A stretch of 64,000 nt of DNA from Octopus vulgaris (Eukaryota), in contig OX597827.1 of the NCBI GenBank assembly GCA_951406725.2, positions 26,288,001-26,352,000 of the forward strand. Reading direction: 5' to 3'. Position 1 is the first letter of the stretch. Each line of letters begins with the position of its first letter. Under the pieces are notes generated by a model that had not been told where the DNA came from, made no database searches, and was given only the letters and a program-made list of their open reading frames with translations. The position numbers were made by a program, and so were the translations under genes. Below are positions 25,704 through 40,030 of the stretch, in pieces.

Positions 25704-27330
25704 GCTTTTAATCTGCACCTTTTTTACACTTACTTGCCGAGACACACTCAGCGTCCTGGGGTGAGTGAAGGCTAAGATTTGTTAAAGTATGACTGAAAGC
25801 TTGGGGAGGGGAAGTAGTGAAATATCTTCATATAATACAGCACATGCATTTAAATGTATAGTGTTTTTATAAGGATGTGGTTAGTACTTTTCGGTACAGA
25901 CTTTTGGATTTCTCTGAGACATGGTTCTCCTGGGATCTTATCTAGATATTTCTGACATCTATTTTTCATTATACCTAAGGCACCTACAATAACAGGAACA
26001 GGTCTCGTTTTAAGATGCCACAAATTTTGTACTTCAATTTCTAGGTCCTTGTATTTACGTAGTTTGTTTAATTCCTTGACATATATTTTTATCAGTGGGA
26101 ACACTTACATCTATTAGTCTACAAGTATTTTCTTCTCTGTCATTAATGACTATGACTGGACGATTATCCTGGATCGTTCTATCAGCGTTGACTGTATAAT
26201 CCCAGAGGATAGTAACATTTTTACCTTCAACGACTGGCTGAGGATGATGTTCATACTTGTAAGCAGGAGTGCAGTTTATGTAGTGTTTACTTATTTTCCA
26301 GTGTAAATACTGTCCTGTCCTATCTTGGCGATTTTTGTATTCGTTTGGTGTCAGTACAGGACAGCCTGAGGCGAGATGGTCTACTATTTCATTAAATGTG
26401 TTGCAGAACCTGCATTGAGGGTCAGAACTGTTTTGAAGAACGTTAGCCAGGTAGTTTTCTTTTTGGTGAGCAAGCTTTGATCTTTTACCGCCAATATGAA
26501 ATCTTCAATTTCTATTTTCATTCCTGAACTTCTCAGCTACTGATGGCTTGATCTGCATCAGCATTGCAACTTCAAAGTATATACTGTCCACCACTCCTCA
26601 ATTTCTTTCTGTCCGTTCTTTTTTGCAGTCTGCTTGATTCATATTGCTTGTTTTGTGGCAGTAATTTGAGGTTCTTCATATAATTCAGGATTGATTCTAA
26701 GCTCCTTTGAGAATATGCAAGCTTCCTTGAAAATAGAATGTGATTTTTTGTTGTTTTCGTGTTTGCCCACAAACTGCAGCACCCAGACCTCTGTACTAGA
26801 TAAGTACCTGTTCATTGCTATTATGGAGGTCTTATAGCACAGTTCTACCTGCGTCCTTCCTCTTCCCGCCATTACTGCTAGGTAGGTACAGATGAAAAAC
26901 ATCTGCTTTTGGATGGTGTATATTCTTAGATGTTAGTAGTTTTCTTGTCTTCCTATCCAGGCATTGGCGCTCTGTAAGATTCCAGTTAATGATGTTAAAA
27001 CTGTACTGGACTACTGAAAAGGCCAGGGTGTCAATGGCTTCGAAGCAATTTTTCCTGTTGAGTTTAGTTTTTAGTATGAGTCGTATTCTCCTGTAATATT
27101 CCTTTCGTATTTTTTCCATCGTGGTAGCATGTTTATCTCCAGGTATTTGTAATTTTCTTGTGGGCCAAGCTCCTTGATGGTAGTGACGGTATATAATTTA
27201 ATTGAAGCTGTATGCCTCAGCTTACCTCTTAAAAATTTACTTTAGAACACTTATCAAGGCCCAAATCCATCCCGATGTCATTGCTGAACTCTTTAACAGT
27301 TGTTAGCAGACCCGCAGGCTCTTCATCCTT
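25703..27330 (-). mobile_element. Dong/R4-clade non-LTR retrotransposon 3' portion (RT thumb, CCHC knuckle, RLE endonuclease)
   Basis: GLDKC, IRKEYYRRIRLILKTKLN, HHPKADV, CRFC..ETV.HL.SGC-like, ILWDY, KYKDLEIEVQNLW..VPVIVGALG. The 3' end abuts (AAT)n. Confidence 0.85.
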
Positions 27331-27679
27331 TCTGTCAGTGTTGACTGTAAAATCCTAGAGGATAGTGACATTTTTACCATGTAAAACATTGTTTATTGTC
27401 GTATTGTAAACTTTGAACACATACCTACTGTTATATAGTTCGTTTAGTGCCGTGCAAAAGAGTAATGAAGAGAGAGAGAGTCACCTTCAAAGAAGCCTCG
27501 TTTCATGTTGATGTTGTTAGTTTGGCTCATCCCATTACTATGGCTGAGAACGAGACTTGTGTTCCACTTGACCATGCTACTTTGTAAGAATTTGGAGATG
27601 ACAAGATAAATCTTATATATCTCAATGGCATTGAGTATCCATTTATGTAGGACACTATCACCATCATCATTATTATTAT

Positions 27680-29650
27680 TGCCTTTGTACAGCTTCTAAC
27701 GCTGGAGATGTACTACGGTGTCAGCTGTTCAAAGGTAACACCTCTTATTTTTCGAGCACCATCCGGAGTATTCGAGCGGTTCCAAGCAGCGCTGTTTTCT
27801 GCGGGTGTTCCACCGTTATTGCAGCCCCTATTTGTTCCACGTACTTCTCGAGAATTTTGCTAACTGTTCCCAGGGCTCCAACAATTATTGGTACTACTGC
27901 TACCTTTTTCATCGACCACAACTGCATAACCTCCCAAGTAACCTGTCATATCTCTCGACTTTTCTTTCTCCCTTATCGCATACCTTGTTATCAGCTGCGC
28001 ATGCTGTCTATGATCCAGCATAGTTTGTTTACTTTCTCAATTAAAGCTATGTCCGGCTTCCTATTCTCAAGCTCATGGTCGCACTGAATCATAAAATCCA
28101 TAGGATATTTGCATTTCTATTTTCGACGATGCCTTCAGGTTTGTGGTCGTACCAATGTTTTTGCTGTAAAGTCCATACTTGTTGCAAAGTGTCCAACAGA
28201 CAAGCCTTGCTATATTGTCGTGGCGTCTCTTATATACCTTCTGGGCTAGTGGCATACATTGGCTGGTAATATGTTACACGGTTTCACCGTTTTGTTCACA
28301 GATTCTGCACTTATCACTTTCTGCTGTGTTGTCTATTCTGTATTTTATGTAGCTTGTTCTTAGTGCTTGCTCTTGCGCAGCACAGATTAGAGCCTCCGTT
28401 ACTGGTTTTAAGTCACTTTTAGTCATCCACAGCCATCTTTTTTCTCTGTCTTATCTTCAACATCTCTATAAAATTGACCATGCATACTTTTCCTTACCCA
28501 CCTATTTTCAGTTTCATTGGTTTTCAATTTCTTGTATAGTTCTTTATCTTTGCAATCTTTCATCCTACACAAGCCTGACCGTCCTACTTCTAACAATAGC
28601 AGTTGTGTGGCATTTTTCTATACCATGCTATGTTGTTTCTGCTGCTCTAATGCTGTGTTCCCATCAAATAAGTCCTCGTCCCCTACTTTTTCTTGGTACA
28701 TGCAATCTGTCTGTATCAATTTTTGGGTGGAATGACCCATATCTAGTTAGCAACTTCATTGTCTCTTTGTCTAAGCTGTTTAGTTCGTCTACTGCTCATG
28801 CGATTACCCCTGATCCATATCTAAGGAGTGAAATCGCCCAGGTATTGATAGCTTCGATCTTATTCCATTCGTTTAATTTCGACTTAAGGATCAATCTCTG
28901 TCTGCGCAAGTACTTCACCTTAATTTTTTCTGTCATTTCTTCCTCCATCAAATTATCCATTTCCAAAATCCCCAAGAACTTATAGCCCGTCTCTTTTATC
29001 TGCTACGTAACCTCCCCCGAGAGTTTCGAAAGCTCATCCGCACATTTGATTTTGCCTCTCTTTAAGACTAACACACCGTACTTTCTCCATTCTGATATCA
29101 GCGCTGAAGGTATACGCCGTATCAACGAGGGAACTGACTTGGGCTTCATCTTTACCATACAGTTTGAGGTCATCCATGAATAACAAATGATTGGATTTTG
29201 TTGGCGGCTTTTGAATACATACCAAGCTTTTGCTTTCCTCAGAATCAGTGTTAGTAGTATCAAGCATAGTACAAAGATCAGTGGGGACAGGCAGTCCCCT
29301 TGGAAGATGCTCCTCCTAATTACTACAGTCCCTAAACTTCTTCCGTATGCTGTCAGGTCCGTCCTCCAATTCGCCACACTTTTTCCAAGTAATCGCTCAA
29401 CATTCGATGCCATACCAAATAGCTTCCATACACTCCATTAGCCAAGAATGTGGGATCATATCGTACGCCTTACGATAGACGATCCATGACATAGCTAAGT
29501 TATTTTCCCTCCTCTTGCAGTCTCTAAGTACTGTTTTGTCTATCAAGAGTTGATCCTTGGTACCTCTGAACTTACGCTTGCAACCCTTCTGCTCATGTAG
29601 CAGGACTCCATTTTTTTCCAGAAGTTCGAACATTGACTCTGCGAGCCGGA
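27680..29650 (-). mobile_element. Dong/R4-clade LINE, degenerate (RT to RLE)
   Basis: [78 protein letters not shown]. Confidence 0.9.
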
Positions 29651-30449
29651 CTATAATCTCTGAGCCTACCGGGTGTACCACTGTCACCCTCTTTAGCTTC
29701 AGTTTTATTCCCACCGTTATTCACAATATTTTGTGTTTTCATTGTCGCACATATGAGGTAGCGATTATCAGGTTGCGCAATTACCAGTGCTTTTAATGTG
29801 ACACCTTCACTAGATGTCTCATTATTAATCAGCCCATGAGGCTCCAACCGTTTCCTTTCATTATTATTATTATCATTATTATTATTATTTTTATTTTTTA
29901 TTTTTTATTATCATCACTGATATCACTGATGTTATTGTTTTTATGTGTAGTAGCAGCAGTAGTTGCAACAACAGCAACAGCAACAGCAGCAGTAACAGGG
30001 GTGGGGGTAGTGGTAAGGGTAGTAGTTGGGCTTCAGATTCCTCTGCTATCATAATAGTAGTAGTTGTAGTATTATTATTGTAGTATTATTAGTATTTAGC
30101 CTTAGCAGCTGCAGCATATTATTTTTATTTTTATTATTCTCACCATCACCACAACTACCATTGTTTGAGGAACTAGTTGGGTAGCAGTTTGGTAAATAGA
30201 TCAAATGTTACAGGTCTATAAATAGATTCGGCAGATGGTGGGAGGTCAGCCATAGAAACAAAGGAATTTTCGAACCCTTTGGTTCAGCAGAGGTCAAATG
30301 TGTTTACTACTACCAGTGGCCACTGACCACTGAGAGCGCTGCCTTTAAAAGAAGTAATTCAACCTGTTCTATTTGTAATTACTGGTAGAAAAAAATATAT
30401 ATATAAACACACACACGCACACACACACATTGATATTCACTTCATTGAA

Positions 30450-31310
30450 TTCTTGAATTTCTGCATTCAATTGTGTTGTTGCAATAAAAGGTGTGTTTAC
30501 GTATTTGGGTAATATATTCAAGTTTTAAAGTTTTCTTGAGATGTTCGTTTGTCTGTCCAGTTGGAGTATACACTAGGACTTTTGCAATGAAAAGGATGTT
30601 TACATTTTCGAATACTCAGGGAGAGATAGTAAAGTTTTAAGATTAACTAAATATGTTCTTTTGTATGGCTGCACAGAGAGAAATGGTAGTGCTCTTAGAA
30701 TAAAAAAGAGGATGAAATTTACATTTTCGAATACTCAGGGAGAGAGGAAAGGATAAGTATTGACACAGTAGTCGTGGATGTTAATGGAGTTTTTCTCTCG
30801 CCCTTTTTTAAAGTTGATCGTTTGTGTGTTTGAAAGCTGTTGGTATGTAAGTTTCTAACTTATTTTATTTTGGGGGAGATTTCAAATATTCACAGGGAAT
30901 TGTAGATATACCAGTCTTTGGGAATAGTAGGAGGAAGAGCAGGTTCACCTCTTTGGATTTTTGAGTATCTGAATTTCATTTATATTTTCTTTTGGAAATT
31001 TGCTTTTCTTCTTAAAAGTGTTGCTGTGGTTTACATTCTTTATAGTTGTGCAGTATGTATATATTGGCAGGTGCTTACTTCCTTAATTTTATTATCGTGC
31101 ATTTAATTGTGTTGTTACAATAAAAGGCATGTTTACATATTCTGTTAGTCAGCGAAGAAGGGAAGACAAAATGTTCACACAAAATTAAAGTTTCTAAATA
31201 TTTTGAGGTGTTCGTTTGTATGTCCAAAGCTGTAGATATGTAAGTTCCTTTACTTATTTTGAGGGAAATTCAAAATACTCAGAGAAAACTGTAGATATTC
31301 CAGTATTGTT
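30450..31310. repeat. Diverged local direct repeats
   Basis: aattgtgttgtt.caataaaagg at 30469 and 31105; tttacattttcgaatactcagggagag at 30599 and 30718; aaagctgt...tatgtaagtt at 30833 and 31226. Confidence 0.55.
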
Positions 31311-31435
31311 ATTTCTCTTTATCACTGGTTTTGTTGGATCTCCTGGGGTCCTGCATGCGTATCGGGCTTACTACCTGCAGCCTACGGTACAATGCTATCT
31401 GTTCTTTTCAGCTATTCTTGTTGTTGTTGTTGTTG

Positions 31436-31527
<92 letters not shown>

Positions 31528-31529
31528 TG

Positions 31530-31720
31530 ATGACAACTCTCAGCTTATTTTGCTGGGTATGATGGAAAGTGTCAGCTGTCCACATCCAGCACTCTAAGGT
31601 GACACTTGTCTGTTGGTCATGCTTCCAAAACCCTGCGAAGGATTCTTGCAGTTCCAAGCAATGCTGACTTTTGTAGGTGTTCTACCTTCACACTTGCACC
31701 AACCTTTTTGAGCCATGCTG
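31530..31720 (-). mobile_element. Dong/R4 LINE extreme 3' end
   Basis: The minus strand encodes VEHLQKSALLGTARILRRVLEA*, then a short 3' UTR into (AAT)n. Confidence 0.75.
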
Positions 31721-31949
31721 GTAGTTGAGTGCTCATGATCAGAGATGCACATACCGTCAGCCGCTAAGGGACATGCTCAACTGGTTAAGGTCAACAACTG
31801 ACGAACAAATCTGTGGTATCGAGCAGAATATTTGTTGTAGCCCATGTTTTATACCAAGACAATACATGTACGTAACATTTCCAACCAGTCAAGATCAGAA
31901 TCTATGAGAACCAATGTTTGGTACTGCATCAGAGTATTATTATTATTAC

Positions 31950-32041
<92 letters not shown>

Positions 32042-32072
32042 CATCATCATCACCATCATCACCACCACCACC

Positions 32073-32128
<56 letters not shown>

Positions 32129-32151
32129 TATTATCATTATCATTATTATTA

Positions 32152-32248
<97 letters not shown>

Positions 32249-32269
32249 TGTGGTTGTTGTTGTTGTTGT

Positions 32270-34040
32270 TTAAGATGTTACACAGTATCCAATATTGTGA
32301 TGTTGATTTAAGATATTGTGTCTACAGAGGTTTGTGCGGTTTGTAAAGTCACAAGAAATACCTCTGACAGACAGTACTTCACGCAATATGCGAGAGGTTC
32401 CAAGAGATGCCCATTTTAGCAATACACTAAGATTGTAGGTTATTTCTAAAGTTTCCAGATGTATCTTCGGGTTGGTTGGTATGGAACCCAATGTTCTGAT
32501 GTCAATAGGGACAACCATTATGTTTGACTCCCGTAGCCGCCACATCTTGGCGATCTCAATTCTCAGGTCTCCATATTTATTAATATTTTCTTTTTCTTTC
32601 ATGATAATATGTTGATCTCCTGGCACTGACACGTCGATTATTAGGCGCTCTTGTTTGTCCCTCCTAAAGGTTACTATATCCGGCCTTCAGTACTCTAATA
32701 CATTGTCTGTCTGGAAGTCAAAGTCCCAGAGGATTTTGCCTTCCCCTTTTTATTCATTACCTATTCCGGTACATGCTGGTACCAAACACCCGTAACTACA
32801 TGTCCATACTTATAGAATAGCGACCAGTGAAGGTTTTGGGCTACCTTGTCGTATCTATGCTTGTACTCTTTCTGTACAAGACTTTCACAGGCACTAACAA
32901 TGTGAGTCACACTTTCGACCCTTTTCCCACATATTCTGCAGATGTCCGTTGCTCTTATGTGGTATATATCCCTTTTCACTGAGTTGGTATTCAATACTTG
33001 GTCCTGGGCCGCGATGATTAAGCTTTCAGTCTTCATTTTTAGGTTACCCTTGCTGACCCACCTCCGTGATTCCTCGTGTTCTTTTAATTTGTTAGTTCCA
33101 CGACGGAACTGACCATGTAATTTCATACGGAGTAGGGCTTCTTCTCTCCCTCATTGGCTATTCTTGTTCGGAATTCATGAGCACTCTCAAGTTCCTGTTT
33201 GGTAAATCCTTCTGCATTAGCAGCATACTGTAGCAAGTCTTGTTTGCTGTTTACCAAATATGCCGTGTTTATTCTTTCACTGTTGATGCATTTCCGTACG
33301 CTAATCTGCCCAAGACCACTTTTATACCTCTTCATGTAAAGTCTGTGTATGTTAGCCTTAGGGTGGAGGGCATCATGTATTGTCATTATCTTTCGGGTAG
33401 TGCGATGGAATTGGTTAATCTCCACTTGTGTCTATTTCATGATGGGTGCACTGTAGCGGATTACAGCAATAGCACATATGATGATGGCAGTCACAAGAAT
33501 CTTTGAGTTGAGTTTTGATTTCAAGAGAAGGTAGAGGCACCTCAAATATGCAGAGATGATCTTGTCTTTTATTTCACTGTGCAAGGTATCATCCAGTTCC
33601 AGGATCCGAAAGTACTTGTACCCATTGTATATCCCACAATTTACTCGTTTCAAAGTGTGCACCGCACACTTCGAGATACCGAATTCCTTCCCTATATTTT
33701 TGCTGCACATCTTTACAGTCTCAATCGGCTTCTCCATCGCAGGTTTGTCTTTGCGAACTGTTTTAAATCATCCATGAAGAGAAGGTGATTGATACGTGGT
33801 CCATTTTTCTCAGCCCATAGTGCAGGTTGGAATCAAGACTGTAACAAATAACAAACGCGGACAAAGGTCTCCCTGGAATATACCTCTATTGATTGTTAAC
33901 TCGGCTACGTTCTAGTTGTTAAAGAAAAGACGTGTTTTCCAACTAGGCATGCTGTTCTTAATCAGTGCACATATGTTCTCAGCTAATCCACACATATTGG
34001 GTTTTTCCCAAATCCACGAAAGGCAACGTGTCGTAAGCCT
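32270..34040 (-). mobile_element. Dong/R4-clade LINE, degenerate (RT to RLE)
   Basis: KAYD, IFQGD, HLLFMD, FGISKCA, LHPKANIHRLY, LHGQF, AAQDQ, CRICG..ESVTHIVSAC, ILWDF, DVSVPGD..KYGDL. Flanked by (AAT)n on both sides. Confidence 0.9.
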
Positions 34041-34074
34041 TATTATTATTATCATTATTATTATTCAGTAATTT

Positions 34075-35620
34075 TATTTTCATCATGTGCATTCACTACA
34101 CTACTGAGCGCAGCTCTCTGTGTCTTGGGTATGTGCTGTGGTTTATTGTGATTTTCTTATATTCACTGTATTGAAAGTGTTTTATGTAGGATGCGTTCGG
34201 TGCCTAGTAGTGCTATATTCTGTATGCTGAATATACTTGTTAATCCATGTGTTTTTGTTGAATGCTTTTTTTTTTATCATACCTAATGCGCCTACTATGA
34301 TAAGAATTGTTTCTGCTTTTAGACTCCACATTCGAGTTACCTTTATTTCCAGGTCTTTCTATTTTGAAAGTTTCTCCATTTCATCGATTAAAAAGCCTTT
34401 ATTTTTTCTTAATGATCTCTGACAACTACATTTGGACTATTGGCCTTAATTTCTCTGTGTGTATTGGCATATCCAATAGTATCGCTGCTTTCTCATTTTT
34501 TTCTGAAATTTATACCATCTTGTGGTAAGTAGCTTGCTAACCAACCACATGGTTCTGGGTTCAGTCCCACTGCGTGGCATCTTGGGCAAGTGTCTTCTGC
34601 TATAGCCCCGGGCCGACCAATGCCTTGTGAGTGGATTTGGTAGACGGAAACTGAAAGAAGCCTGTCGTATATATGTATATATATATATATATATATGTAT
34701 GTGTTTGTGTGTTTATGTTTGTTCCCCTAGCATTGCTTGACAACCGATGCTGGTGTGTTTACGTCCCCGTCACTTAGCGGTTCGGCAAAAAGAGATCGAT
34801 AGAATAAGTACTGGGCTTTCAAAAAGAATAAGTCCCGGGGTCGAGTTGCTCGACTAAAGGCGGTGCTCCAGCATGGCCGCAGTCAAATGACTGAAACAAG
34901 TAAAAGAGTAAAAGAGTAAAGAGTATATGATAGTGTCGGCATAGCTTCCGGTGTATATAGGTCTCAACTCTGTCCTGTCTGTGAATATGTTCCTTCTTAA
35001 CCAGGACTGGGCAGCCAGAGACACTATGATTTATTGTTTCTTGTCCATCTCCACATATTCTGCAGTTACTTGTATTTCTTTCCATTACATGCTTTTAGTG
35101 ATTTCTGGTCGGAAGACTTTGGTCTTGTGCTGTAATTGCAAATGTTCAGTCTCTGCTTTGATTCCTGAGCTTCTGAACCATTGCTGGGATTTTGCTTAGT
35201 CTATGTCATTTTTGTTTAGTTTAATCCAGTTTTTGCCATGTTGGGGACTTTTCTTGCCATCGTTTTATCCTGATCACTTGCTGCTCCAGTAATAGTTTGG
35301 TTTTCATTTGTTTTACAGCTTTTGTTGTTTCTTCTTTTCCTTCATAGCTGTTAGGTACTATGGTTTCTTTTTTGTAATTGTCAGACTGAAGACAGTTTTT
35401 CGTTTTGTTCGTGTTTTGTGGATTTTTGTATCAGTTTTCCTTGCTTCTGAAATACGTATTTCTGGAGTCCTATGGTGGTTATTTTGTAATAGTTATCTAT
35501 CTGTATAAGGCCTTTACCACATTCGATACGTTGTATATATATATAGCCTTTCTATGTCAGATGTTGGGGGGGGGGGGACATCCTAAGTCTTGTCATTATT
35601 TTTCTTGATTTCCTGTCTAT
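34075..35620 (-). mobile_element. Dong/R4 LINE fragment interrupted by a family-B SINE
   Basis: QNIALLGTERILHKTLSIQ* at the 3' end. CRICGDGQETINHSVSGCPVLVKKEHIHRQD resumes beyond the SINE. Confidence 0.8.
34521..34925 (+). mobile_element. tRNA-derived SINE (family B) with internal (TA)n
   Basis: tgtggtaagtagcttgct..ggttcagtccca head; ggcggtgctccagcatggccgcagtcaaatgactgaaac and (gtaaaaga)n tail. Confidence 0.85.
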
Positions 35621-35679
35621 TTTGATTAGTTCAGTTATTATTATTATCACTTTTACTAATGTTATTGTAATTACTTAAA

Positions 35680-36041
35680 ACGTCGCACAGTAACCAACAT
35701 CGTGAGGTTGTTGACTGAAGATATTGTGTCTACGGTGGGGTTTGTACTGTTTGTCAAGTCACAACAAGGCCCTCAGAAAGACAGTTCTTTACGCAATATG
35801 CCTGCAGTTCCAAGTAATGCCAATTTTTGCAATACACCAAGACTGTAGTGTACTTCTAAAGTTTTCAGATGTTTCTTTCAGCTTGGGTCTACCTAATGCT
35901 CCAATCACAATTGGGACAACCTTTATGTTTGAATCGCGTAGCTGCCATATCTTAGCGATCTCAATTCTCAGGTCTCCATATTTATCACCCTTTTCTCTTT
36001 CTTTCATGATGATGTGCTGATCTCCTGGCTCTGTCACGTCG

Positions 36042-36042
<1 letters not shown>
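35680..36042 (-). mobile_element. Dong/R4 LINE 3' end (same subfamily as 32270-34040)
   Basis: DVTEPGDQHIIMKEREKGDKYGDLRIEIAKIW..VVPIVIGALG. The 5' truncation abuts (AAT)n. Confidence 0.85.
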
Positions 36043-36106
<64 letters not shown>

Positions 36107-37249
36107 CATTATTATTATTATTGTTGCCTTTTGCTTCCATTTATAGAACTTCGTAACATTAGGGTCAAAATTCCTTTTGGAAATCTCATTTTATCCTCTT
36201 GTGTTTCTCCTATTCTCAAAATTGATACGCACATGCATATACACACTCATATGCACTCACACACATACACTCACACACACAAACACAAACACACGCGCAA
36301 ACGCGCGCACACTCATATATAAAGACACATATAATCACACACACACTCACACACACACACATACACATACACACAGACACACAGACACACACACGTTAAG
36401 CGAAGTCTGACCGTAACTAACTTGACATTAAAAGCCAAAGATTAGAATCACGCAGGAATTCTAGTTGAGACTCGTATTTCTGAGAGAAGAATCCAACTTG
36501 TAATGGTGGCGAAATTAATTACAGTACGGTGGGTGTGAAGGCGGGGAAGAAGAAGAAGATGGAAAAAACAAGGACGGGGGAGGGAAGAGGGTGATTACGA
36601 TGATCATTAGGTGGAAGATGTAAAGGAAGAAGTAAAGAAGTTGATGATGATGATGACTACGATAAGGATAATCATGATGGTAATTGTAGTGATGATGACG
36701 ATGATGATGAAGTGGAAGTAGAGGGAAAGAAGGAAAAGGAGAGGAAGGTGGAGGAGGAAAGGGAAAATGAGGAGGAGGAAGAGGACGAGGAAGAGAGGAC
36801 AGGATGAAGAAGAAAGATTAGAAAAAGAGGTGGAAGAAGAAAAAGAAAGAAAGAAAGACTAAAGAAATGGAAAGAGAGAGAAAAGAAAAAAGGTAGAAGA
36901 AAAAGAAGAAGAAGAAGAAGAAAAAGAAGAAGAAGAAGAAGAAGAAGAAGAAGAAGAAGAAGAAGAAGATGATGATGATAATGATGATGATGATGATGAT
37001 GATGCTGAGGCTACTGCTACTGCTGCTGCTCCTGTTGCTGCTGCAGCTGAAGATGATGATGATGATGATGATGAAAGACAGATGAAAGGAGACAACAAGA
37101 AGGAGGAATGGAGGAGGAGGAGAGGAATAGAGGACAGGAGAAGAAGAAGAAGAAGAAGAAGGATGAGACGTGGAAGTAGAAGAAAACGGAAAAAAGCTGC
37201 GCAAACTTTACAATTCTAAAGTACCCACCACCCCACCGCTTCCAACCCC

Positions 37250-37310
37250 CAACCGCCGCCCCCTCTGTTCCCTATATAAAGCCCAGTCTAGTTAGTAGCC
37301 AGTGCTGTCT
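37250..37310 (+). promoter_or_regulatory. Candidate Pol II core promoter (GC box, TATA, Inr-like)
   Basis: ccgccgcccc, then TATATAAAG at 37273 and CCAGTG with its A at 37301 (+28), within a non-repetitive island. Confidence 0.4.
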
Positions 37311-38257
37311 GGCGCACGTTTACATCTTGACAGACGCTACATTTTATTTTTCGTTTTGGTAAATTTATTTCATTTTTATTTTATTTTATTTTATATTATC
37401 TTATTTCGTTATTGATTTATTTATTTGTTAGTGTGTTGCAGACCACATTCAGGGCAAAACTGATATAATTGGAGAGATTGCATGCCAACATCACATAGAA
37501 ACGGCAGCAAAGAAAGAACCGAAAATCCAAAATCTTCATTCATCTTCTGCCAACGGTGATGATTTTTCAATGACAAGCTCTGTTATTTAGTAACCCCACC
37601 AACACCACTACCACCACCACCACCACCAACAACAACAACAGCAACCCACCATCTCTCTCACTTCTCTCTTTTTCATTGGAGCAATCGCTTTCTTTTTTGT
37701 TCCTTACCTTTATTTCTCAGTGTGCGTAATGTCTTTCTCTTCGCGTGCGTCTCTCTTTTTCTCTGCCTCTCTCTCTCTCTCCATCACACACACCCAATCT
37801 CTCTCTCAATGTCTCTCTACCTATCTCTCTTTTGTCCCTTCCTCTTTCTTTCTTCTCTCTCTCTCTCTCTTACTTTTCGTTAGATTACGAAACTAAAACA
37901 CTCACCCTCACACACACATGCACGCGCACTCACACACACAAAATGAGAAAAAATAAACGACTTCACTTCATTGAGTCCACGGGAGTTATTTTTGTTTCCC
38001 AGTTAATTACCATGCTGTAACAATTGCACACCACAACATAACATGACCCTTATTTAGTCCCTTTTTATTTTTATATATTTCAGCTTTAGACATGTCTTCT
38101 TGTATGTTTTAATATTTCCTATTTCCTTTCTCGATTTTTTTATTCCTTTTCCTCATTTTTATCTATTTGTCATCATCATCATCATCATCATCATCATCAC
38201 CATCATCAACTTCATCGTCATCATCATCATCATCATCACCTTCATCATCCCCTTCAC

Positions 38258-38295
<38 letters not shown>

Positions 38296-38469
38296 CCATC
38301 ATTATCATCATCATCCCCTTCATCATCATCATCATCATCATTACCTTCATTATCCCCTTCATCATCATCATCATTATCATCATCATCGTCATCACCATCA
38401 TCATCACCATCATCATCATTTTCTATTCTTACATTGTATATTATATTATATTATACTATACAAACACGA

Positions 38470-39085
38470 CAGCGGCGAGCTGGCAGACGCGGTAGCACGC
38501 CGGGCAAAATGCGTAGCCGTATTTCGTCTGCCGTTATGTTCTGAGTTCAAATTCCGCCGAGGTCCACTTTGCCGTTCATCTATTCGGGGTCGATAAATTA
38601 AGTACCTGTTACGCGCTGGAGTCGATGAAATCTACATAATCCCTTTGTCTGTCCTTGTTTGTCCCCTCTATGTTTAGCCCCTTGTGGGCAATAAAGAAAT
38701 AAGAACCGTTAGCACGCTGGGCGAAATACTTAGCGGTATTTTGTCTGTCTTAACGTTTTGGGTTCAAATTCCACCGAGGTCGACTTTGCCTTTCGTCCTG
38801 TCGGGGTCGATAAATTAAGTATCAGTTACGTACTGGGTCGATCTAATGGACTGGAACCCTCCCCACAAAATTTGGGCCTTGTACGTAGAGTAGAAAAGAA
38901 TCGCTAGCACGCTAGACGGAATACTTAGCGATATTTCCCCCGTCGTTACGTTCTGAGTTCAATCTCCTTCGAGTTCGATTTTGTCTTTTTCCCTTTCGAG
39001 GTGGATTAAATAACTATTAGTTACGCACCGGGGTCGACGTAGTCGTCTCATTCCCAGCTGCCCATGAGGCAAAAATTTGAGATGA
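38470..39085 (+). mobile_element. SINE family C, head-to-tail trimer
   Basis: Three successive copies of ..tagcacgc..gcttagcgg..ttctgagttcaaattcc.ccgaggtcgactttgcc..ggggtcgataaattaagtac (from about 38490, 38706 and 38900). Confidence 0.8.
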
Positions 39086-39087
39086 TA

Positions 39088-39152
<65 letters not shown>

Positions 39153-39306
39153 CATCATTATTATTATTATTATCATTATTATTATTTTGCTTTCCTTTCA
39201 GTCCTTCAACACAAAAACATCTTTTATTCTTCTTTTTATATCTATTTTCGGGCTTTCATCTTTTCTGTCTTCAAAATATTTTCTTTTCTTACAGAGTATA
39301 TAATGT

Positions 39307-39359
<53 letters not shown>

Positions 39360-39519
39360 CCACACAGACGTGGTCGCGTGCGTGCACATTCTTTTCTCCT
39401 CATTTTATTTCCAATCTTTCAATTTATCCAACAAATACTTCCCATTATCTAGACTTATCTTTGCCTAACAATCTCAGTTTTGCAAGAACTCTCATACCAA
39501 CAATCTTTCCCTCACTCTT

Positions 39520-39567
<48 letters not shown>

Positions 39568-39847
39568 CCTCTCTTTTACGCACGCTGTCTCTCAGACTCT
39601 CTCTCTTCCTAACTCTTTCTCTTTCTCTTTCTCTCGGTCTTCGACACTTAATATACTTGGTTTCTCCATCCAATCTCTTATTCTCTCGAATTCCTTCCTT
39701 CTTTCCTAACTTCTCCACATTTCTTTCCTTTCATTTTGTCTTTCTGTAAAGTGTAAAGATCTCTTTACCCACAATCTTGCGTATATTTTTCAATAACCTA
39801 TTATTAATAGCATCTATGTACCTACTATCTATCTATCTATCTATCTC

Positions 39848-39883
<36 letters not shown>

Positions 39884-39982
39884 CTATCTATTTATCTATC
39901 TATCTATTTATTTATTCATCTATCTATCTATTTATCCATCTATCTATCTATCAATCTATCTATCTACTATCTATCTATCTAC

Positions 39983-40027
<45 letters not shown>

Positions 40028-40030
40028 AAT

